56,727 bases of DNA, taken from Chara braunii (lineage: Eukaryota > Plantae > Charophyceae). Each line of letters opens with the position of its first letter. The stretch's first letter is position 1. The stretch is from positions 4,703,248-4,759,974 of the forward strand of contig BFEA01000010.1 in NCBI GenBank assembly GCA_003427395.1. Direction: 5' to 3'. Shown one piece after another: positions 47,610 through 56,727 of this stretch. A program made the translations under genes and the position numbers. Under the pieces are notes generated by a model, which ran no database searches, was not told the DNA's origin, and saw only the letters and a program-made list of their open reading frames with translations.

Positions 47610-50600
47610 TCAGTTTGTTGACTCCTCAGTTTCCTTATCTTGGGCCTCCTGAAGCCATTGCTCCACTGGATCCCGACTTAGAAACCTGACCAGTCGCTGC
47701 CCTGGGAAGGGTCCTTTCAATCCAGTTTCATCCAAATCTTCCAATTCGAAGGAGTCCCACACGCTTAGCACTCCGGTAGAGTCCTTTGAACCTCCTTCCC
47801 AACTGTCCAGACCACGTGCTTTCCAGTGTCGAGTTCCTAACCAGTACCATTTCCCCCATCTAGGGTGGTTCCTTTCGGATATTCTTAACTTGGTCTCACC
47901 TTGCTTTGTCCCTCATCCTGCTATCTAGTACCCGGTTGGCAATGTCCTCCATGACCTCCTCATTTCGAAGGACCTGCTGACATCGTGCTTCAATCAGCTC
48001 CTCCGTAGTCATGTGCAGATCGTTGTCTAGCCTGGTCCACGTGGGTATCAAGGCCTCTACGGGGAAATCGATCTCTCTTCTGTACCATAGTTTTGCTGGG
48101 ATACATCCCGTTGTCCTTTTTGACGTCATGTTCTCCGGAAAGACAGCCTGCTTAAGGTATCTAGGCCAACTCCCAAGATCGTCTACCGCGAGCTTTGCAA
48201 TTGTGTTCTTTAAGGTCAGGTGCCCCTTTTCCACAGGCGCATTAGCCTTGGGGTGATATGGCTCGATGAGCTTGATAGGTACACAGATCCTCTTAAGCAT
48301 ACCTAACACCACCTGGTTCACGAACTCAGTTTCATTATCTGCTATGAACCTTCTGCCTCATGTAAAAGTCCTCTATCCAATCCGCTACCTCTTTGCCCGT
48401 CCTTTTCTTGAGGACGACTGTCTCCACAAACCCACTCAAGTTGTCCCTAACATCCATAACATACATGTATCCATCTGCTGATACAGGTATGACTGCGAGG
48501 TCGAGATGGACCAGATGCCTTGGCCCTAGCACCCATGTTGGTCTAAGTGGCTCGAAGACGCGGACCGAGCTCCACTCTTGGCAGATTAGGCAGGTCGACC
48601 AGTACGTGGCCATTATACTCGCCATACCTGGCCAACAGTAGCGAGATGCTATCTTTGCAAGGGTCCCTTTGGGCGATCGATGTCCCCCAGCTAGTCCGTC
48701 GTGCATTTTCTGGATTACGTCTAGTTTTTCAGACCTCCCACATACGACTCTCTTAGGCATAACGCCTTCCTCTCTTTTGAACAGATGGTCATTCCTTAGG
48801 AGGTATCTTTCGACATCCTCCCTTGCTTGAAAGTTGACCACCATGGGTTGCTTGTTCCCTATCAGCAGCAATCCGATTTCTCAAAAGATCCCCTCACACA
48901 TCTGAACATAGAAAAACTCATTTCCTTCCTGACCCTCACCCTGCCTCTCCTGCATCTGGTTCACCAGTAGCTGCAACTATTTTCGTTCCCAAGACTTTAC
49001 TAAACTCATCATGGCTTCCTGACCTCCCTCAACAACCATCGCTATCAATTGCTCCCTCAGACCCACTATCACTCCCCATGAATCCTTCTCCTATTTGCGT
49101 CCTTGTGTGGTGACTGGTCCTTCCCTAAGTTTCGCAACTACGGCAGGTGCCCCTTTTTCCAAGGTCTGAATCAACAATTCTCCCGACGCTCATACTTCGC
49201 TCATCATTTCGTTATCCACTGCAAGGGTTTCTCCTTCGTATTCAAGGAAGCGTCGATGGGTTCCACATCCTCCACCCCTTCGGGTGTGATGCAGACCCGA
49301 CTTATCCCGTCGGCCTTGTTTCTGAGTCCAACGATTCGTTCGATTTTGTATTCGAACTACCAGATGAAGCCTACCCATCTCCCAACAATCGGATCTATAG
49401 GCTTATAATTTTTTAAAGTCCCTGCGACATTGGTCGGATTGATCCTTAGGATAAAATGCCTCCCGAGTAGGCTTGGAAGGTCTTGGGGCAATGTAGAACG
49501 GCTAGGACCTCCTTTTTGAATTGGGAGTATCGCCGTTCCGTAGAGTTCAGGGTTCTACTTTTGAACCTAATCATCCTTTCTTTCCCTTCCTCGTCTTTCT
49601 GTATCAAAACGCCCCCTACAGCCAAGGGTCCTCCGTCCGTCTCGAGGATAAACGGTCGTCCAACTTCGTCGTTAAAACAGGGCGCTGCCAAGGTGACTTG
49701 TTCCGATGTCAGTGTGTCCTAGAGGGTTTGGACGACTGCCTCTCGCGCCTCAGTCCAATCCATGGTTCCTTCCTCTCTGATCATGGCGCGGATAAGCTCG
49801 ACAATTTTGGCAAATTTTTTAATAAATATCCTCCAAAAGTCAACTACCCCTAAGAATGTTCTTACCTCCGTCGTCGTGCGCAGGGGCATTGGCCATTGAG
49901 ATATCTTATCGGTTTTTGCCGGGTCCGGCTTCCTCTCATATGCTCCAAAACGAAATCCCAATATGGTCACCTCCGGACTTGCCAGAATACGCTTTGGCCG
50001 GCTAGCGGCGATATTGTATATTAGGAAGCAATGGAGTAAGTCCTTGATGTCCTTTAGATGGTCCCACACGAATTTTCAAATTCCCGGCTGAACTTCCGTT
50101 TTGTTCTTCTCCTGGGCGTCTTTGATCGGGTTGTCGTTGATGTAGGGTTTGCATTTCTCTGGGAACATGTCCCCTACTACGGCAAACATCCTTCGTTATG
50201 CTTCGGCCACCGCATTTGTAAAGCCCATAGGGGTTACCTGTATCTGCAACTATCATATGAGAGTATGCATTGTGGTGTATGGTCTGTCCCGAGCGTCCAA
50301 TGAAAGCTGATTATACCCTGAATACAAGTCTACCAGGGAGTAAATGCTTCGGTCGGCGTGAGACTTTGCCAACAAGTCGGTCCACGGTAGCGAACCGGCA
50401 TCCCGGATGGTCACTGCATTCAATTTTTGCAGATCTTGAATCCACCTTAGTGTCTTGTTGGGTTTTCGAAAGGCGAACCACCTGTTCGCATAATGAGACG
50501 CGGTAGACTCTACGACGAAGGAATCAATTTTTGCTCTGAGTAGGTCCGTTACTTCCTCCGCTATCCCAAACTCGTAGGCTGACCCTTTGTCGTTCCAACA

Positions 50601-50950
50601 CTCATGCTCTACCGTGTGGATCCTAACGGGAGAGATTAACTTTGCATCTAGTTGCTCTTTCTGATGGTCATTAAAGGCGAATGCCAGGTGAAATTCCTGG
50701 CACGTCCTTTTGATCAGAAGAGTTTCTTCCTCCGTTAAAAACCCGTTTATTCCTATCTTCATGGTGTCGGTCACCTCATCCAGTATCCGATGCCCTTTTG
50801 TCGCCCGTCTTTCTCGAATTACTCGTAAAGCCTCTTCTTCCTTTTCCATAGCTTCCTCCTTGGATGTCTCTAGTAGGATTGAGACTGACTTAACTTTCTT
50901 CCCTACTGGTTTGTACTTTCGAACACTTCCTTCCGGTATCTTTCTTCTAA
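47610..50950 (-). pseudogene. pol: Pol RT-RH-INT of copy B (many stops and frameshifts)
   Basis: ORF fragments 50253-50993, 49719-50069, 49446-49691, 48335-48871 and 47896-48321 align with A pol. Confidence 0.95.
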
Positions 50951-53900
50951 ACAATGAACGGTCGGGATTGCCTCTGTTGTCTCCGCGATCCAAGGTTGAA
51001 TACAGATTTCTTTTTCATTCAAACAGTAGTTCTTTCGCACCTCTTCTTCGAATTTGGCAAGCGTCGTCGAGTCCACCCTACTTTGTGATATCTGATAACT
51101 TTGATGAGCTGTAGCAAATCGGGAATTTCGAGCGTAACTTCTGATACCACCTTCTGCACTTCTTTCAGCTTGGGCAGACTGGCCCCGAGTTCAACCTCTG
51201 ATTCCTTTGTCGTTACCATGACCCCTAAGGCCTCGTCCTCCTGCCTCCTTTTGTTTTGAGGCAGACCCATCTTAATCCATTCTTTCTTACTGAATGTCTT
51301 CTCAATCATGATTTCCACCCTCTCTCTCATTCCCTTCATTCGAGCGAAAGCCCCCTTTCGAGCGCTATCTTGGAACGAAGGCGACCACGTTGCCAGTTTT
51401 CCCTTAGGAGGGTCTTCTCCGGTCCCAATGAGTCGGAGGAGCTCCCACGTCCAGTTACCGGGTCCTCTAAGTCCACCATATATGTCCCGTCATAAAGATG
51501 CATCCCTATCATTTCTACATTGGCACACCACGGTCTTCCGAGGATTATGTCGTGGTCCATCTCGTCTAATACGATCATCTGTTGAAATGACCAGATTGAC
51601 TCCCGGACGCCCGCCTTGACTGCACATTTGGTGACATATCCTGAAAACGGGATCTCGCCACCGGCTCCTCGGATGCTCCTCATTACTTCCTTGTTAACTA
51701 CACAGTTGTCAACTGTTGCGAAATCTCTCCATATAAGTGTGATTTCCGCACCTCCATCTACTAGAGCGTCTGTGTAATGAGTCACGATCTGCACTTTTAG
51801 CTTTCCTACGGGCAGCGCATGGAAAGTAAGCTTTGTTCTGTGCGACGCTCTCATGACTTCCCCGCCTTCACGATCTGGTAAGCTTAAGCGGATGTCTTCG
51901 AAAACCTTTTCTAAATCCTCTAAGCCTCCAGGGATCCTTTGAAGGTTGGCGACTTCTTGCCGAGTCTCCTCCTCCTTTTCCTTTTCCTGTGATTCCGAAG
52001 TTTCGTCTACCTCCACTCATCGGCGAGTCAATAGTCGCCTAAGCCCTTTGAGCAGTCTGGGGTTTGCTTCTAGCATGGTCTGAAAAAATACTGATACCAT
52101 GGTTCCCAACAACTTGCTAAGAGTGTTATCGATCTCTGGCATGGTTAGGATCGGGATTTGATACATGAACATGACTTTGTTTGCGGGTTCCTCTTCCCTA
52201 GGCTTTCCGTAAACTTTCTCTGGTTCCCCGGTCTCAAGCTCCGCTTGGACCGTGGTGCCTCCAACAACCTCCTCCATCACTATATCACGGATAACTGTTC
52301 TTCTTGCCGTTCTCAGTCGAGTAGTCGCGTTCACCCTGTCGTGTCCGTCACCCTCCAGGATAAAATTAACCTGTACCTCGCGCCCTTGGGGTTGGTCCCA
52401 AACGATATCGGCTACTGGCTCGGCCTCTACCGCTGCTATTTCTAAGTCATTGAGGATGATCACGGCGCGCCGCATTCCTCCAGGCGAGTTCCAATTCACT
52501 CGCTCTCCCCGAGGCTCAAATATTTCCCTTTTTAGTGACCTGGTGCATCTCTTTCTCAAGATATTGTGGTTGAGCTTTGGGCAAGCTCGCACAAAGTGTC
52601 TCATCATTATGCAGTATCTGCAATGCTTATTGGCGGGATCTCTCCTATTGAACCCCCGGTTGGCCACTCCTGCTGGGACCACAGCTTCTTGGGGAGGGAG
52701 GGAGGGTCGGGATACTTGCGTCTGCATTACCATTAGTGTGTTCTCCACTCTCTCTATCTTATTGTCGACTTCGTTCACGCGTTCATGTAGGTTTTTTATC
52801 CCTCTTTTTACCTTATTCCCTGTCTTGCCGGTCAGATCAATGACTTCTCCTTCCTTAAGCAAGGCCAATGACTCGGTCACTACTGCTTTCTCAACAAGGT
52901 CTGTTACCGTACTGAAATCAACATCCCTCGTGCTCACGAATTTGCTCGTTTGTTGGTATGCTGACAAAATCTTGTCTTTGTCGAACTCGGAGAACTGCCT
53001 GAGAAAACACTTGCTCATTATTTGGTCCGTTACTCCGGGAATCCTCAATGTTACCAGGGTAAATTCTCTCAAAAAGTCGTTGTATGTGTCGAAGTTCTTC
53101 CTTTGTACTGCCGCTAATTCGGTTTCTGTTGCCATTTTCTCTGCCGCCAGGTACTTCCTCATCATCACATCCCGGGTCTCCTTCCAAGACCTACTCGCGG
53201 CGACGATAGACATTATGTCTCATCCTAGGCTCAGCGATACATGCTGCCCTAGGTGATCCATCTTTTCTTCCTCACTCCATTTTAGTAACGCAGCAGGTTC
53301 TCATAGTCTATTAGGAATTCCGTGATATTTGCCCCGTCAAACGTCAACTTCCTTTTAGCGTATGCGAGGTACCCTTGGTTCTTGTTTAGCGCTTGTGTGA
53401 GGGATGACACCATCTTCTTGAGGCCACCCTCGGGGGCTGCTGGTATCACCGGCCGTACTAGTTCTCTAGCCCTCCTTGCCGACCCTTTGTCTATCTTCGG
53501 CTTTTGCAGTCCCTTCCGGATCAAACCACCCCAATACCCTTCCCTAAGGCTTCACAATCCCTCGCACCCCCTCATGACTATTGGTGCGGCCTGCAGGCGG
53601 CAAACCCTGTTATCTATCGCTGGTGGATTTGTAGCTTTCTCTACTTCTATTCCAGGAGGGTCCCCTTTCTCTTTTCCTCTCTTGTCGGGCGTTCTTCCAG
53701 GATCAGTATCCTTACCCCCCTGCCTGATTCCGCCTTGGATGACCCTCTCTTCGTCATGCAGCCCTTCCCTCGGAGGGTCCTCCTCGCTTTCGATCATCAG
53801 TTCCTCGATCAGTCTCGCCTTGTATTCTAGGGTTCTCTTCTCTATTTCTGCTAGCTTGTGCCGCGCGTCTGTGATTCTCACCTTCTTTGATACGACACCG

Positions 53901-54143
53901 TCCAAATTTCGTAGGCTCGATCTTTTTTTTTTTTCTACCTTTCCTGGTTTCATGGGTCCATCGCTTGCTTCCCCCGGCTTTCCCCGAGCTTTCTCCTGAG
54001 AAGATCTTTTTCCTGTTCCCCTTGGTCCCATCCGGATTTGTCGATTCTCTGTCCTTCTGGCCCTCTTTTCTTTGTACAGCGCTGCCTCGTATGTCTGGTC
54101 CTCCCTCGCTTCTACGATTGCGTGTCTCATCCTTTGTCGCCAT
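50951..54143 (-). pseudogene. gag: Gag-protease of copy B
   Basis: MATKDE start; LTFDGANITEFL; CRYCIMMRHFVRAC; ALVDGGAEITLI. Confidence 0.92.
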
Positions 54144-54862
54144 TTTGCCTAGATCTGCATAAGCCAAAGGATTTTTCCGGGACACAAGCCGCTCGAGATT
54201 TTTAGGTTCCATAGGCCCTAGTCTTCTTTATGTGCCTTATTCAAAGACCTACCCTTTCCCTTTTTGCCATTCGTTTGTTTGTCGAAAAAAACCGTAATTG
54301 GTCCGCTCCCCTATCGAACTAGAGGGTAGTACTCAGCTTCCTGCTCTGATAGGCCCACTAGAGCATTCTAGTATGCCTTACAGGATACGCAGGATCCCCG
54401 ACTGTATCTCTTGCCGGAGAGGATTCCCGGTCCTCCTTAAGGTCAGCGTTTTCTTTTATCGTTTTTGAGGAGGGTTTCAACCTTTCTGGTTACGACGGTC
54501 ATTGTGGTCTTATCCCCGCATTGGTTTATACAAAATGCGAGTCCGGCTACTATTACTTTCCGATTGACGAAGGCGCACCAGTAACAGGGGTCTTTCCTAG
54601 AGATCGAGCCTTTGTTCAGTATTCAGGAATGTCTGCACTTCACCACAGGTGGTTAGGCAAGGTTTGCATCTGCTATGGTCGACCTGCCTTGGCTGAGTGT
54701 GCCCCTCCCCACCTTCCAGACTACGCATTTTTACCGTCCTTTCCCCACTTTGTAGTGCCGTATTTGGGCGTCTGGCTCTGACGGCCCCCTCCCATTTCCA
54801 TTGGTGAGCCCCTACATGTGATAGCATATACTGTATTCACCATACAGGCTCGTTCCGTGGTG

Positions 54863-55653
54863 CTAGTCTTGCTCTCGCCTCCGTGGCCCTTCCGGTTCCA
54901 TAGGCTCCTCGAACAATTGAGCTACCCCTGCTAGACAACTCTCCCCTATCTCGATTTCTCTCCGAATTATGTGCTCGTATTCCACATAGGCTAACCGCGG
55001 CATCCCGAATATTAAAATATTGATGACCTCCAGTAGCTCCTGGGCCTGGTTTCCCCAAACGACCCGTGTTCTACGGAGATATTGTAAAACCTCCTGATGG
55101 CTTGACGTGTGAAGTGGTCTACCCACACTGTTACTGAGTCCCCCAGATCCTGTGCCCTAAGAAGGCTCCCAAAGATGAGGTCTATCATGAATCGGGGGAC
55201 CTGACACCTCAGCGGGGTTGCTGGTGCGCTAAACCCTTGCCAGCTCCCTACTTCCACCCTGGTCCGTAAGCCCACGTTCCTCCTGCCCCTGATTGCTTGA
55301 CCTATCCGCGTCAATACCCGGGCGGCCCTCCGAAAGACCGGGGCTAGCTCGTGACCCTGTGCTATTCCGATCCCCAGCAAGTGTCACCCAACTTCGGGTA
55401 GGTACAAAGTCCTAGTTACTTCCAAGTTCGAGTATAGGTCATCTCCAGGCCCCCGGTTAAACCACATCCGTGTCCACAAACATTCCACCCTCACGAAGGC
55501 GCAGTCCCTTCCCAAGGTTATGGTCCGCCATTCTACGTCGATTCCCTGGACTTCGAAGCTTGCTGGAAGAGATACTTCCCACCCCCGGCCGTTATTCCAG
55601 GGTGGGCCAGGGTACCGGGGCTGGCGTGCCATCTGGACACGTCTTGCCGCCAT
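54863..55653 (-). pseudogene. Accessory ORF X4 of copy B
   Basis: Fragments 55384-55653, 55012-55380 and 54863-55126 align with A X4. Confidence 0.85.
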
Positions 55654-55797
55654 CGTTGATCAGTGATCTCCTACATAGCCCAAACAGAGAGGATTATAGC
55701 CTGTCTTCAGCAACATTCCGTCTACCGCGTCCATTTCCTTTTATGCCCTCATTCTTCTTCTCTGGCTTCTACTATTCTTCCTTTCTTGGTTCGTATT

Positions 55798-56613
55798 TTA
55801 GGGGGCAGCGTCTTCCTCTGGCAACTCGTACAACCGGTACAGATCGTCCTATGTAAGTCCGGCCCGGCCTACCTCCCACCAGATGACATCCCACAAGACG
55901 TGGTCATTGATTAGTGGAATCTTTGGCCTTGTTGTCAAAGTTGCGTGTAGTATGCGTAGTACCTCATACCTCTCCCTGCTGTCGAACAACCCCATTTCCA
56001 GGAAGATTCGGTAGTACTCCCTGTAAGCCATCGCTTCTTCGAAAGTTAGGTCGGCAAGGGCCGCTACTACCTACCTGACATGCGCCTCGCCACCCATCCT
56101 TTGTAGTATAAAGGGTGGCAACCTGATTCGTACGTTCTCACTAGGTAGAATAAAGGTTCCTACCATAGCCACCCTTAGATCCGCCGTTACTTCGTCCCGC
56201 TCACGATTGACGAACTCGAACCCCGCCTGCCATACTAACTGTCAGGCGCCCTTGAACATACTCAGCGGGTCTCCCCCTGATGCTAATGTGACCCCAAAGG
56301 TGCGCCACCCATCCTTTGATAGTTACAACCGCCCCTTTGCGCGTACGTGCCCTCGCAGATCCAGATTCCATCCGCCCTGTTCCCCTTCCGCATGCTGCTC
56401 CACTTCGGTTACCAGGTACACTGTGTTCTCCAAAAGTTCAATTCCGACCCAGTCCACTACAGGATTCCGGATTTCGTTATGGGTTGGCATGCTGATTTCT
56501 ATGTCGCCTTCCCGTTCCCTTGGTGGCTCAATTCCCAGTGGGCGGTCTTTAAGGAACGTCCTTCTTCGGGTCATTTCGTACTGCCCTTCTTGTCTTACTT
56601 CCTTGCCTGCCAT
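55798..56613 (-). pseudogene. Accessory ORF X3 of copy B
   Basis: IEISMPTHNEIRNPVVDWVGIELLENTVYLVTE...EYYRIFLEMG..YEVLRILH aligns with A X3. Confidence 0.85.
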
Positions 56614-56727
56614 CAGTAGTTGCGCCCACAATAGTCGGATGCCCCTCCCCTGTTTTAATCTTCATGCGCGCCCTGCTTAGCTAATGTATATGCCTCCTAT
56701 CCTACGTTACCCCTTAGTTTACATAAA

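Noticed and set aside
52252-53256. 334-aa antisense ORF and other antisense ORFs over gag/pol
   Set aside because: Shadow frames of gag-pol; broken into short pieces in copy A.

Overview
Eukaryotic, repeat-only window with assembly gaps and no host gene. A plastid psbE-psbF-psbL fragment indicates a green plant or alga; a Chara-like streptophyte is a guess only. It holds two decayed, convergent copies of one giant Ty3/Gypsy LTR-retrotransposon family. Copy A is on the + strand: 5' LTR ending at 2541, tRNA-Ala PBS, 17-kb internal region, 3' LTR from 19551 truncated at ~23267. Copy B is on the - strand and runs from beyond 56727 to ~26012; it is inserted just upstream of the chromodomain of an older chromovirus-like element. 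B's 3' LTR carries a ~6.3-kb TGTCA...TGACA insert with its own ORFs and a plastid-derived insertion (NUPT). The family is unusually complex. Four tandem paralogous ~230-260 aa ORFs of unknown function lie upstream of gag, and two of them are also visible in B with signs of purifying selection. An extra acidic ORF with NLS- and SIM-like motifs sits in the env position. A conserved leader exon and splice donor lie in the LTR, with acceptor-like AGs just before most ORF starts, suggesting complex-retrovirus-like splicing. It also has a second tRNA-Ala-complementary box in U5, two PPTs, and LTRs of 6 kb or more built from tandem arrays. All analysis was by eye; boundaries marked ~ are approximate.
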